The notes: a model not told the origin generated them from the sequence alone. A DNA stretch of 64,000 bases from Camelus dromedarius (GCF_036321535.1 NC_087437.1:110858001-110922000); one strand, 5' to 3'; numbered from the stretch's first letter, positions 1 through 12,963 are shown. Numbers and translations: made by a program.

Positions 1-517
1 AGTTCCCCACATCATCAGCAGGCAGGTAAGTTACCCAACGGTCTCCTGTGTCTGACAGTAACTTACACAAGAGCATAAAAGCATCTGAAATGTAAAGTAT
101 TAAGGACCATCTCATCACTGGGAAATGTTACAAAGACACCGTGAAAAACTTTAAATTGTGGACAAAACCAAAAACTAAGTAAGTCATTCTCAAAGTGACT
201 GTGCTCTGGCACTTCGGGTGGGGCTGTCCTGCAGTCTGGGGATCAGTGAGAACCTCTCCCAGCCTCTGCAATACCAGAGGTGGCTCCCAGTGGTAAAAGC
301 TCCTCACCCCATAATTTCAAACGTCCTCAAGAGGGAAACAGCATTCCACCGAAAATGGAACTCCTGAAATAATCCGAGAGCTAAGAGGAGAAGGACGAGG
401 AGGAGCTGTGGGCTAAACTGAAAATAATAAGAAAAAGCAGCAGATATTAAAAACTAGAGATTTTAAATAAAAGGGGATGTCCTACATTTCTCTGTCTAGG
501 TAAGGGTGGATGGAAAG

Positions 518-710
518 CAAAGATCAGCAAACTTTCTTTAAGAAGCCAGGGAGGAACTATTTCGAGCTCCTTCCGTCATTCCTGCCACACAAAGCACAAA
601 AGCAGCCGCTGAAGTAATTGAATGGGTGGAGCCATGTGCCAATAAACTTTATTTACAGAAACAGGTGACCGGTCAGATCTAGCCTGCAGCCTGTGGTTTG
701 CCAACTCCTG
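518..710. mobile_element. MER58A-like hAT-Charlie MITE
   Basis: Degenerate TIRs CAAAGATCAGCAAACT ... TTTGCCAACTCCTG and the internal GTGCCAATAAACTTTATTTACAGAAACAGG motif typical of MER58. Confidence 0.8.
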
Positions 711-799
711 GGTATCACGTCTAAGTATGTGCATAACGCAGAACTGGGCAGCACTGGAAAGTGTGTGGCATCCGTTCTTTTCAAAAAACAAGGTGATCA

Positions 800-923
800 G
801 GGGGCGGGTATAGCTCAAGTGATAGAGTGCATGCTTAGCATGCATGCGGTCCTGGTTCAGTCCCCAGTGCCTCCTCCAAATGTAAATAAATAAATAAACC
901 TAATTACAAAAACAAACAAAAAA
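800..923 (+). mobile_element. tRNA-Ala-derived SINE (camelid vic-1 type)
   Basis: GGGGGCGGGTATAGCTCAAGTGATAGAGTGCATGCTTAGCATGC...CCCCAGTGCCTCC head resembling tRNA-Ala(AGC), then TAAATAAACCTAATTAC and an A-rich tail. Confidence 0.9.
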
Positions 924-3329
924 TGATGATCATCAGAATAATAATATTCCTTCCTCAGTCCTGTGTCTGGGTGGTACCTTCCTCACCCATCTCATTGGAG
1001 AGGACATCGTCCCCCCTCCCATCAGGCCCCCGTCTGTGTACGCCTGAGAAAGGGCTATTACAACACGGATTATCATCCTGCTTCTTCAAAATAAGCAGAT
1101 GAAATGAAACGTACTGTGTAGAGCTGGCAGTCTGCTCATCACGCGTGCTTATACTTGACACCAGGGCCAGAGCTCAGTTTCAGGGAAGGCCCAGGCAAAG
1201 AACATGCAAACAGACAAACCAGGCACCGCCTCCCCCACAGGGTTCCTGCCTCCAGATGAGATGGAGATCCAGTCCCAAAGTCGGGAGTGTGACTTGGCCG
1301 GCCCCCGCCGCAACGCCAGCTGGGGTTACGTCACCTGCCCAAGTTCAACATCTGGAAATCCGCAGAACGACCGGGGTGGATGGATGGGAGCAGTGCTCAG
1401 GGAGCCTTCTTCCAAGTTCACGGGGACTGCAAACAAGACACTGGGCAGATGGCAAAGGCCTAAAAGAAGAGTTATGGTTTGGCTCCTCAACCTCCACACT
1501 TCACCCCACATCAGCCATCTCTCCAGAGCAAAGCTCCCGGGAGCCCATGGATTTGGCCACTCTGAAAGCACAAGAGAGAAAATTCCAGAGCCGCGGAGGA
1601 AAAACTTTGACAAGACTCAGAAATGGTCAGGATTCATTTGCTTTGTAACACGAGGACGCACGATCTGAGAATCCCGATGTACAGCCCCCCTTCCTCGTGT
1701 GGATTTCCTTAACAGCCAGGGGAGTAGTTGAGTGTCCATAAGAAAAGCATAAATCTACTGCCTGTGTCCACATGTTTGGCTCAGATGGTTTTCATCAGAC
1801 TTGAAAGAGAAGCTGTCCTTTTCCTTCTCAAATCCAACAGTGAAGCATCCCAAAGGACATGAAAAGCTCTCAGGATAAATCAACCGCAAACGGGAAACGC
1901 TTCCTAGCAGGACCAATTACGGAGGGATGGAGGTGGGAGAAACAGCTCTTGCTATGTGTCCCGAGCGCAATCAATAAAAGCCTCCCAGGTCAGCCGAGGA
2001 CCCTCCGCCGCCTCCTCCTCGTCTCACATCCAACTTGATGACTTCCAGAACTAGGATATAACAAGTCTCTGCGGCGGGAGGGGATACCAACCAGAACAAT
2101 ACGAGCCTCTGAAGGACAGGTGTCTGCGCAGTTGGACCTGGACCACAGGAAAGAGAAATCCTCTCTTCTGTTGCCACCAGTGCAGATGGATGGGATCTGA
2201 GGATCATTTCCTCAGCAGGCAGAAATCCAGGGAAGAGGAACTGGGAAAGGTCACGTCCAAACAAATCTATCATCCAAACTCAGTCCTGGAATGTGCCGGC
2301 GGACAGACACCGCCCACAAGAGGAGGGGAAAGCAAGCCCTGACTCGAAATAGCCAGCTCCTCTGAGAAGCCTTCCCGCGAGTGGCTCCGAGAAAGCCCGA
2401 CGTGGTCAGCTGGTCAGACGGGTCCGAGAAGGCAGGAAGGCACGAGGAAAGGTGCACCCCAGAGAGATGGGGAATGTTCTGTGTGATTCTTCCAGCAATG
2501 AGCGACTCCCTCCACCAGTAAAACTAAAACTAACGTGAACTTAGCACCTGATACAAAACACATGGGAGAGCCTCGGTTTTAGGTCTCCTTACCCTTCAGC
2601 TCAGTAAAAGAGGATCTCGTTCCATCTAAGACACTTTTACAGTGCGCTTCGCACAAGGCTGGGAATTTTTAGCAAAGTTAGCTGGAATTGACAGTAATAT
2701 TACAGTATTGATTATCTTATTAACAGCATCAGTAATCATATTCACGGCTGTTGCTGAAGCATGTGTTCCTCCCAAAGATGAAAACTAAGTCACCATCAAG
2801 CAAACCCACTGAGTTAGTTAACAAATCACTTTCTTCGATCACAGCCATTCAAGATGTTCCCTCAAAACCCATACACTAGTGTGTAAAAATGAGAGGTGTG
2901 TGCCCCTACCCTCCCTCCCGTTTCTAATCCAGGAATCAGGCGCGTGGGTGATCAATTACTGATGTTAGAAACCAATGCAACTAAAATGCACTACTTTGCC
3001 TGATCCCAGGTTGCTGTTCTCGGTACCCAGACTGTTCTCTCCTCCATCCCATGTTGGGATGATGGGACTGACATTGCCTCTTCTGGGTTTAGACTCTCAG
3101 CATCCCTTCCCTTTTCTTCATATTGCTTTCCTTTCAAGGTCCCCGTGAGTGCATTTTACTGCTGGGGAAGGGAATTTGGTCTTTTAAGCTCTGAGTGATT
3201 TGGGGAGAATACTGGCCTCTCTTGTTTTGTTTCTGGCCGTGACCCAACAGGATGCTTTCTTCACATTGTCTCTTCCGCGTCTGGCTCCACCAACCAACCG
3301 GCCTTCTGATGCCACCCAAGGGATTTCTC

Positions 3330-3920
3330 TACAAGACAGATGGTAGGTGTCATCCTCCCATCCCCGAAGACTCTTCAGTGGGTTTTGATTTTCTGCTAGT
3401 ACAATTCAAACTCCTTCATGCTACCTTTAAAAAGGGCTCCACCACAGGACCCCCACTGAACTCTCCCTTTTCCCGTCCACATAGTCCCTCACAAACCCCA
3501 CCTGCCACCGCATGGGACCAGTCCTCCTCTCCCCTCAAGCCCAGCATCCTCCTGCTTCACCAGTGCCCTCGTGCTGCTCCCCTAGTCCTGCACGCTTTCC
3601 CTGCCTCCTCCTACCCCAAATTCTTGCTCATCTTCTATTCACCCTGCAGGATCCGAACCTCAAGGGCTGTGTATCCCACAAAGTGATCTTTAGTCCCTGG
3701 ACAAAAGTGGTTCCCTGCTCAGTGCTTTCACCCCACTCTGCTTACATTTTGACACAGATTAAGGCTTAAGTTATAATGATTGATCATTGCATCAGTCTTC
3801 TCCAGCAAATTATGAACTCAACGCAGTGATCATCCCCAGCATCCCCAGCAGCAACTCTGCTGCTCCACCCACCGTAAACAATCACTGGATACAGAGCCAC
3901 ATCAGAAATGAGTAAATTCA
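3330..3920 (+). mobile_element. L2 LINE 3' fragment (old, degenerate)
   Basis: Pyrimidine-rich L2-like 3' sequence ending in an AATGAGTAAAT-like terminus; boundaries approximate. Confidence 0.5.
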
Positions 3921-5694
3921 ATTAAAACACTGGGAAAGCGTGGGGAGTCCAAATGCACCCTCTGTTCCACCTTGGAATCTCGTCAGACCCCTGCAAACAG
4001 CTGCTTGGAGCAGAGTGAGGACTTTCACAGCTATTGGGGATTTGTAAACAAACGTTCTATCTGAAATCTAGGCCCCCAAACCAAGGAGTACTAACCTTCT
4101 GTTGGTTTGTGAGCCCTAGAATTTTCCATAAAGCCAAGATACACTTAAGGATTTATTTCATACATGTTTCACCACCATCCATCACTAATTAGACAGTTAA
4201 ATTCTACAAACAGACATAATAGCCTGAGAGGGCTTCATGGCTAGAACTGCAAGGATCTTCTGATGCTTCTGAACTTGGCGGACGATTTGAGGAACCTGGT
4301 AGCAGCCTCTAAAGTGAATCAAATTAACATTTAACAGAACGCAAGCAAAGACCCTGATCTGGAGCTGAATTGCCACAGATCACAGAAATGAAACGCACGG
4401 TCTGTAACAGGGATTCTGCTGCCACGTGCAAGAAGAAACCTCTTGCCACCAAGGAGGCAGAGAAGAGGCGAGGACATCCCAGAACACCTGCAGGTCAGCA
4501 CACCTACGGTCCCCACGGATGCTGCAGACACTCCCAGCCACATTCTACCTACGGAGTCAGGGAGGTGGAGGACGTGTTCACGGTGGTTTTCAGAAGGGTG
4601 ACCTGGGATGACAGTCTCACTGAAAAGGAGACACGCTAGAACCCACACCTGAAGGGGTGGCGGGGACCCCCCATGGCTCCCAGGGAAAGAGAGCTCCAGG
4701 CAGAGGGGGAGGTCAGGACGAGGGCTTTGAGGCTGGAGTTTGCCTGGTACGTCTGAGCCACAGCCAAGGGGAGGAGGTAAGAGGGGAACAGCAGAGGGGA
4801 GGGGGCAGCTCCTACTGGGGCCCCAGAAACCACTGTAAACACTTTGGTTTTGATGGGGGTGGGGGTGGGGGCGGCAGCGTGCACGGGAAAGCACGGGAAG
4901 GTTTTGAGCAGAGTGACACTGTCTGATCTAAAAGGTGCCCTCTGGCTATTGTTTTGAGACAGATGGTGGGAGAGCAAGACAGGAGCAGAGGGGCCATGCC
5001 GGAAAAGGCTCTCCAGCATCCACGCAGGGACCACACAGCTGCGGTCTGGAGTTACGGTTTAGGCACCGGCCACCAGCATGGATTTAAGAACATCCAGGGA
5101 TGTCCACCTCCCCCGGCCCAGCGGCTGCGGACAGAAGCCCAGCAGCGGCCCCAGCGAGGGAGAGCACGTGACTCCGGATGAAAGAAGAGGTCTCTGCGGC
5201 TTTTCAGGTCATCTCCACAGCAGATGTGAGCGGCCAGTCAAGCAAGAGTCCAGCTTTAAGCCCAGGGAGTGAGAGAGGTCACCCGAAATGAAAAGGAGAC
5301 TGAGACCCACCTTCTCGTGGGAGCTCCCCAGAAAACGCGGAGAAAACACACACCGCCGGAGAAGAAAGGCAGCTGGCCAGCACTGAGGACTCCGCACAGG
5401 ACTCGGTCTCAAAGGGCAGCCCTTCGCAGCCAGCTGCGTGGCGAGGCCTCTGAGAACTGTCCCTTCTTTACCTGCCGCTGAACAAAAGAAAGGGGGATCA
5501 AGGTTACACACGCAGGTGGCTTTGAAGCCCAGCTGTGTCCCTGGCCTCCCAGCTTCTCCACTGAGTTGAGTCACGGCTGAAGGTACAAGCATACCGCTCT
5601 CTGCACCCTCCCTCGGTCTTCCCCAGACACGGCCGGCCGGGCCCAAAGCACAGACCAGCGCCCCACGGCATCCTGGCCAGGAGCCACCCCTCAG

Positions 5695-5860
5695 TCCCCC
5701 ACTCTGGAACCAGCTCAGCCCCAACCATGTCTGAGGCCTCCAGCAAGTCACTAAACACCTCTGGCCTCCTCCGTCCTCCTCTGCACGATGAGGATTAAGT
5801 GAGATCGTTCATGAATGCACCCAGTACCTGGATGGCACTCAACAATGGGGAATTATTCTT
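5695..5860 (+). mobile_element. MIR SINE
   Basis: GCAAGTCACTAAACACCTCTGGCCTC ... GAGGATTAAGTGAGAT ... GGCACTCAACAAT match the MIR core and 3' end. Confidence 0.65.
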
Positions 5861-6035
5861 GGAATCATTACTGTTAATTCTGTTACCTGTCCATGAATGC
5901 GTAAGAAATCTATGTATTGGAAGCAAAGTAAAATGATGAAAAGGTTCACCAGGACCAAGAAGTAAGTGATGCATCATTAAACAACGGAGGAATAAAAATG
6001 GGGGGGCGATGCTTTATTTTATTTTGTCTGATTAA

Positions 6036-6401
6036 ATTTTTTTATTAAAGTATGGTTGATTTCCAATATCATATCAGTTTCAGAGGTACAACATAGTGAT
6101 TCAATATTTTTATAGATTATACTCCATTTAAAGTTATAAAATATTGGCTGCATGCCCTGTGCTGTAAAAAATACCCTCGTATCTTATTTATTTTATACAT
6201 AGTAGTTTGGACCTTTTAATCCCTAACCCTATCTTACCCTGCCCCCAGAGCTCTCCCCACTCACTTGCTCTCTATATCTGTGAGTCTGTTTCTGTTTCGT
6301 TCTATTCATTCCTTTTATTCTTCAAATTCCATATATCAGTGATAGCACACAGAACTTGCCTTTCTCTAACTGATTTCGCTAAACATAGTATCCTATAGGT
6401 C
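6036..6401 (-). mobile_element. LINE-1 3' end (3' UTR), antisense
   Basis: TTTTTTATTAAAGTATGGTTGATTTCCAATAT...CTGTGAGTCTGTTTCTGTTT is the reverse complement of an artiodactyl-type L1 3' UTR. Confidence 0.85.
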
Positions 6402-7397
6402 AGACTGGCCATTTGAAGCATGTATTCAAAGAAAAGAAGACCCACCTTGAGCTAAGTGCCACCTTCCCGAAGACCTTGACCCTTTGTGAACAGATAAACC
6501 TCCTCAGTGCTTCTAAGGGAACTGTGAAGACAATTACATACGTTCCATATGACAACACTTGAAAACACTCTCTCAGGACACTAATTCAGCAATAAAATGC
6601 ATTAGACATATTTAAGGTTCACACCCTTGGACCTGGTAAATCTGCGTCTAAAATTTTTAAAGATATAAGAAGAGATGCAAAGGTTTATATATAAGGAAGT
6701 TCATAAGCCCCACAATTAAGAAAACCAAAAACTGGAAAACTAAATATTGAGCCAGAGGAAATGAGTTAAACTGTTACATCCTTATAAGGAACTACTATGC
6801 AATTTTCAAAAGGGGCGACTTTAGGAGAAATATCTATCAGGAGAGGCTGAGCTACCTGAGAACATGGTAAAAGGATTAGACTGGGCCACAAGCATTCTCC
6901 TGCCTTTGTCACGTAATAATATATCATGGTACAGAAAACAGGATTTGAAAGGAAAAACAAAACTCCTTTAAGCCAGCAAGCATGGTTCAGGACGCTGACA
7001 TCAGCCACAGTGCCCAAGGACAGACCCAGGGGCCAGAGCCTCCCACTTTCCTGACACCCCCTCTGGATGCCAGTGAACATGGGCTCCCAAAATCTTCAGG
7101 AATTGAGTGTGAAAAACTATTTTGGAGAGGCTTATTAAGGGACATTTGTGAAAGATGTTTCCAGCATCCTGTATGCAAGTCAACTTAAAGACCCTGAAGA
7201 CAAATGAATTCAATATAGGTTCTCAGTAAAGTATGCAAGATTGTCCAAAATGAGGCACCAATTTAGAACTGAAAGGACTGCCTGACTTGCTGTTTTGTTC
7301 TTGTTACCATTATTTGGTGGAGGTGCTTTCGACCAAATGTATACTTCTCAAATCTTTGCTTGACAAAGTAGAATTGCCTTCAGAACTCAAACTTCTA

Positions 7398-7968
7398 AGT
7401 AGTTAGTTAAATGGTGTCCCTGAAAATTCATGTCCACCTGGTTATGTCCATGTAACTCCAGAATGTGGTCTTATTTAGAAATAGGGTCTTTGCAGATGTA
7501 ATGAAGATAAGATGAGGTCACAGTGGATGAGAATGAGCCCCAAATCCAGTGACTGGTGGCACTGAAAGAAGAGAAGGTCTTGTAATAACCTATAATGATA
7601 AAGAATATGAAAAAGAAAAAATATATATAAAACTGAATCAAAATGCTGTACACCAGAAACTAACACAACATTGTAAATCGATACGTCAATTTAAAAACAG
7701 GAGAGGAGAAGACATAAAGAGAAGAAGGTCATGTGAAGACAGAGGCAGAGATTCGCTGACGCAGCTAGAAGCCAAGCAATGCTAGAGACTGCCAGGAGCC
7801 ACTAGACGCTAAGAAGGGGACCCTTCCCTGGAGCCTTCAGAAGAACCATGGCCCTACCAACACCTAGATTTTGGGCTTCTGGCTTCCAGAAATGAAAAGG
7901 AATGAAATTCTGTTGTAAGCCACTAAGTTGGTGGTGATTTACTGTAACAGCCCTAGAACACTGGTACA
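7398..7968 (+). mobile_element. MLT1B/C-like MaLR solo LTR, interrupted by an L1 tail
   Basis: AATGTGGTCTTATTTAGAAATAGGGTCTTTGCAGATGTAAT, CATGTGAAGACAGAGGCAGAGATT and a terminal ACAGCCCTAGAACACTGGTACA. Confidence 0.85.
7578..7697 (+). mobile_element. LINE-1 extreme 3' fragment inserted in MLT1
   Basis: TAATAACCTATAATG...GCTGTACACCAGAAACTAACACAACATTGTAAATC, shared with the other L1 tails in the window. Confidence 0.85.
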
Positions 7969-8018
7969 GTGTACAAGCACCAGCCCCACAGACAAGAGAA
8001 CGTAAACACACAAAGGAT

Positions 8019-8366
8019 TGCTGTGGACTGAATGCCTGTGTTCCACCCACCCCCTACCCTAAACTCATGTGTTGAAGCCCTAGTCTCCAGTGTGATGGTA
8101 TTGGGAGGTGGACTTTGGGGAGGTGATCAGGTCATAAGGGTGGAGCCCTCATGAGTGGGATTAGTGGCCGTACAAGAAGAGATATAAGAAAGAGAATTTC
8201 TCTTTCATATGAGGATACAGCAGAAGATGTCCCTCTACAAACCAGGAAGAAGACTCTCTCCAGACACCAAATCCACCAGTGCCTTAACCTTAGACTTCCC
8301 AGCCGTGTTGTTGAAGCCACCCAGGCTACAATGTTTTTGTTACAGCTGCCCGAGCTGACTAAGACA
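8019..8366 (+). mobile_element. MLT1A-like MaLR solo LTR
   Basis: TG...CA termini (TGCTGTGGACTGAATG ... GACTAAGACA); GGTGGAGCCCTCATGAGTGGGATTAGTG core; GGAT on both flanks. Confidence 0.85.
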
Positions 8367-8516
8367 GGATGACCAGAAGGAAAGTATGCTAAAGACGCAT
8401 GTTACTTTACAGCTTCATTTCAGACTGGGTGTAGGGGTGGGAGATAGTTGCAAAGAAATTCTGAAAGATGAAAATAATGCTAAGACATTATTAGCAGTTG
8501 TCTTGTTTCTCAAAGC

Positions 8517-8689
8517 AGTGGTCCCTACGCATCTGTGTGCATAAGCGTTACCGGGCAAGAGCATTAGAATACAGACCCCTATGCACGCCGCCACCCTAGT
8601 CTCTGATGCAACAGAGGGTGTATTTTTAACAAGTACCCTCATGTTCTAACAAAGCTGGCTTCCTGGTCACACTTAGAAAGATTCCACTG
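8517..8689. mobile_element. MER5-like hAT MITE (degenerate)
   Basis: CAGTGG ... CCACTG termini and a TGTATTTTTAACAAG motif. Confidence 0.5.
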
Positions 8690-9059
8690 GCAATTCAACA
8701 TGAATATCTCTAAAGTCCTCTTTAGAGATGCCCATCTACCTACTTCTCCAGCCTAGGCTCTCAAGTCCCTCTCCAGCAACCCCAAAGCACATGGCCCCTT
8801 CCTGCCTGAGCTCACACCATCCGTGACTGCTGCCGGGGATGTCCTGCACCTCCACCTGCACCCACCTTTGCCTGGCTGCTCCTGGACTCATCAGCACAGG
8901 CCTGGCTGCCTCAAGGAAATCTCCCTGACTGCACACTTTTCACTCACTCATTCATTCACCATCTCTCCAGAGCCTACTAAGAACCAACGTTCTTGGTACC
9001 AAGAAAAATGACCCCCACAGAACTGATACTCTTATAGGTAAAGACACAAGAAACACACA

Positions 9060-9212
9060 CGTAGTGGCTAGGAGCTGGACTCTGGAGCCAGACTGCCTCA
9101 CCTGGAATCCCAAGACAAGCTCAATCCCCAACCTCACCCCAACGGGGCTGTTGCCAGGATCCAGCGAGTCAATACTTGTAAGAGTGCAGGAAGAGATCGT
9201 TACTACTAAATA
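9060..9212 (+). mobile_element. MIR SINE
   Basis: GGACTCTGGAGCCAGACTGCCT...GGAATCCCA and GGCTGTTGCCAGGAT motifs. Confidence 0.65.
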
Positions 9213-9957
9213 AACAAGATCATTTCAGATTCTGACACGTACTATATAATGAACAGGGTACCGTGATACAGTAACTGGTTCTCTATCATGGGGAGGACAT
9301 CATGGGGTAGGGGAGGGTTATTTAGGGTAAACCTTGAAGGAGCTGTGTCATAAGGCTTGGCCAGTCTTGGGGATCCAACATTTTAGTTCTCAGACTACAA
9401 AATCTCAGTGATCAGAGAGCTGTTCTCCAGCATGTCTGCATGCAGTGTGCCTCCTGGCAAGGACTGAGCTATTTTCATCATAAAGATTTGAGTGAGACAG
9501 TCCTTTAAGCATTTCTGAGAGCAGTGGGGCTGACGGACGGAGGCCCAGAAAGAGAGGAAGGACAAGATGGATACTCCTGGTGGCTGTGACCACTGTGATC
9601 AGCCTCAGGTACCTCTGATGCCATCCTTTGAAAATCCAGAGAAGTTATGAGAGACGCTATTGGTGATAAGAGTTCCACAGGCCCAGAGAGCAGCAAGGAT
9701 GGCAATGTTAATTATCAATGCCAATGCGACAGCATGGAACCCACATGCTGGGGAGGCCTGCTGACATTGGAACTCTAAGTCTGTAACCCTGGGCTATGTC
9801 TCCGATTACCATGTTAGGTACTCCAGGGTCGGGGATGCATCTGTCTCTGAATGCACACGAACTAGAGCGAGGGCACACGCTAAATGTAATGCTGGATGAA
9901 TAGAGGAACAAACCTACAAATGGTCTTGGGTCATAAAGCATCAAAACAGACATGGTA

Positions 9958-10080
9958 GGGAGAGGGTATAGCTCAGTAGAAGAGTGAATTAAAAAAAAAA
10001 AGAAACCTAATTACCACCACCACCACTCCTGAAAAAAAAGGCGTGAAAAAAATTAAAATTAAATTTAAAATGTTTTAAAA
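9958..10080 (+). mobile_element. vic-1-type SINE with an internal deletion
   Basis: Head GGGAGAGGGTATAGCTCAGTAGAAGAGTG joined directly to the AAACCTAATTACC tail; imperfect TSD AAAACAGACATGGTA / AAAACATACAACATGGTA. Confidence 0.75.
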
Positions 10081-11504
10081 ACATACAACATGGTATATAT
10101 CTGAAACTAATATTGTAAATCAACTGTATTGAAATTAAAACATGCATGCACATGCACACAACGCACGCATGCACACACACAGTGATGGTTAGATTGCCTG
10201 GAAATGGTAATTGCTGGACCTTACATGCCATATTTTTGGTCACCTTGTGGAATCCTAGATATCAAGGTGGGTGATGTATGATGAAATAGGCCCTAAAGCC
10301 ACGATGGACTTGTCCACGGTCCCACATCTACCAGCCATGACAAGCACTATCCATAATGACAGCAGCCCGCTCCACCTGCAAGTTTGGACCCAGAAAAACT
10401 ATACCCTGCAGCTCCTAGCACCATTCAACCCCTTCTTGCCCATCTCCGAATTTCTTATGTTCCTATGTCCCAGTGAATCTAAAAGAACTGCCTGATCATT
10501 TACTGATTAAAAAAGTTCTGATGCCTTCAGCACTGACACTTCAGAGGAGACAGCTCCCTCCAGAAGATTCTAGTGCCCTCTAGAAAGGCCTCGAGAGGAC
10601 ACACCACCTCCACTTCCACTCCTGGTGAGTCACAGTTAGGAGGGGAATGCAGTGACCGCCCCACATAGGGATGGGGGGGCTTGGACTTAAAGGATGAAAA
10701 TCTGAAGTCTGTAAGATAAAGCTTCCAACCTTTGCTTTAAGATGCTTTACAAATGGAAGTAACCTGCCCTCCCCACCTGGTTCCTGTAGCCGCTCCTCCC
10801 ACCGTGGTCACAGCAGCCTCCTTGAATCCCCATCCCCATGAACAAACTGAGACCTTTGCACTTTTGCTCGGGACCTCAACCCAGAAACTGCTTTCCCTCC
10901 ATGTGCATGGTGGCTTCCTAAGACTTTTACTCACCTATCAAAATCCCAATCAGGCATCATCGTCACTCCCTAAAGATTCCCTTGAATACTTCAAGGAGAA
11001 CCACCCATGCTCCACCACCATGGTCCAGACTCTGGACCATCCATCAGTATGGATGGCTCTCTGTCCTATGACAGGGTGAGCTCCTCAAGGACACAAACTG
11101 AGTCTCACTTTTTACCACATCATCATCGCCAACAGAGTCACTTAATAGACGCTGATTGGAGGCTATCCCACTGTGAGATCTGTGGACAGCAACCATCCTG
11201 AAAATGTGAGCATTAAGCCAGAGGGGGCTCCCTCATCTTCTGCTCGTTAGACACTTTCAAAGCAACCAAGATGTCTCCATTACAGAAATTAGTACTTTGT
11301 GATTAATATCTATGTAGAAATTCACTCAATGCCCATCTTCCCCACAAAATCAATAGCTCTTTAGAGCCAGGGGATGTGTCTGGTATTTACCGCCGTATCT
11401 CTGGGTCCCAGCCCTACATCTGGCCCTTGGCAATAGGAGCAATCAGATGGTGATAAACAAATCCCTTACCAGTGAGATGAGTTGACACCTTAGAAAGTTA
11501 CACG

Positions 11505-11845
11505 CAAACTTCGCAAAGATTATGCTGAGTGAAAGAAGCCAGTCATAAAAGGCCACAAATTTTTTATTCCATTTATATGAAATGTCCAGAATAGGCAAAT
11601 CTATAGAGGCAGAAAGTAGATTAGTGACTGTCTAGGGTAGAGTGAGGGCAACATCTGGAGGGAAAGGGGTAGTGACTGCTGGGTACAGGGTTTCTTCTGG
11701 GGGTGATAAATATCTTCTATAATTGATTGTGGTGATAACTGCACAACCCTGAAAATATACTAAAAAAATCACTGGCTTGTACACTTGAAATGGTGAACCA
11801 CATGGTATGTGAATTGTATCTTAATAAAGCTGTTCTCCAAGAAAA
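11505..11845 (+). mobile_element. L1MB-type LINE-1 3' end
   Basis: ATTATGCTGAGTGAAAGAAGCCAGTC...CAGAATAGGCAAATCTATAGAGGCAGAAAGTAGATTAGTG...ATCTTAATAAAGCTGTT. Confidence 0.85.
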
Positions 11846-12123
11846 AGTTGTGTAAGTTCTGCTGTCAAGGATATTCAAAAACTAAGTCTGCTCAAAGGTA
11901 AATGGTATCCTTAGCAGAAACCATGGAAATCTTCAGAAAACAGATAAATTTTTAATAGATACAGATTTGATCTCATTTTGTATCTTATAACCAGAACTTA
12001 AAAGAATGCTTGAAAGCATCTGCTTTGAGTTTCTTATTAATAAAGTATTGGAAACTGGGACAGAGAAATTTAGTGATTTAAGATCTCATATCCAGTTGGT
12101 AGCAGCTTAAGGTCCAAACTCAA

Positions 12124-12575
12124 TCACGGCAACGTTATTCACAACAGTCAGAAGATGGAAGCAACCCAGGCATCCATGGACGGACGACTGGTTAATGAAA
12201 ATGGGACATATATACAAAAGAGAGTATTATTCAGCCTTAAAAAGGAAGGGAACCCTCTAAGATGAACCTCAAGACATTATGTTAAGTGAAAGAAGCCAGT
12301 CACTAAAGGACAAATACTATAGGATTCCACTTATATGAGGGACCTAGACTCTATTAAATCCATAGAAACAGAAAACAGACTGGTGGTTGCCAGGGACTGG
12401 GGGAGGGGAGAATGGGGAATTGTTGTTTAATGGGTACAGTTTCAGTTTTGCAACATATAAATAATTCTACAAATGGATTACACAGCAATGTGAATGTACT
12501 CACTACTGAACGGTACACTTAGAAATGGTTAAAATGATGAATTTTGTGTCCTGTGTATTTTATCACAATTTACTA
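12124..12575 (+). mobile_element. L1MB-type LINE-1 3' end inserted in a MIR
   Basis: TTATTCACAACAG...GAAGCAACCCAG...TATTCAGCCTTAAAAAGGAAG; degenerate TSD GGTCCAAACTCAA (12111-12123) / GATCCAAGCTCAA (12666-12678). Confidence 0.85.
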
Positions 12576-12963
12576 TAAATGTTTTTAATTTTTTCATTGA
12601 AGTATAGTTGATTTACAATGTTGTTAGTTTCAGGTGTACAGCAATATAATAATTTTTTTTAAAGAGATCCAAGCTCAAGCCTCCTAACTCCTACCCTAGC
12701 CACAATCTCCTGCATGGCCCTCCCAGACCCAGATAAAAAGGAGACACACTCAGACTTCACTCATAGAGAAATCAGTCAGTCCCTCCAAGAGACTGCTTCT
12801 AGGGAATTCCAAGAATTTTAACAAATCTCAGCAGCCCTGATCAGTATACAGATCAATAAAGTAGAAGCCACGCCACATGTCTGAGTGTTCCTGGAACAAA
12901 GCCCTGCCAGAAGGAAAGTGGGAGGCTGCAAAGGTAGCCGGCAATGGGCTCACAGCAGGACAG

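Noticed and set aside
1..31. Plus-strand donor CAG|GTAAGT at 25/26
   Set aside because: It is a perfect donor, but the acceptor would lie outside the window and I found no supporting + strand exons. It cannot be evaluated.
1145..5758. Overlapping 100-190 aa ORFs in the GC-rich blocks at 1-2.5 kb and 4.3-5.8 kb
   Set aside because: No recognisable domains, and ORFs occur on both strands in several frames, as expected by chance in GC-rich DNA.
10571..10590. Partial CTCF-like motif (minus strand ...TTTCTAGAGGGCACTA)
   Set aside because: It lacks the conserved CC at the 5' side of the core.
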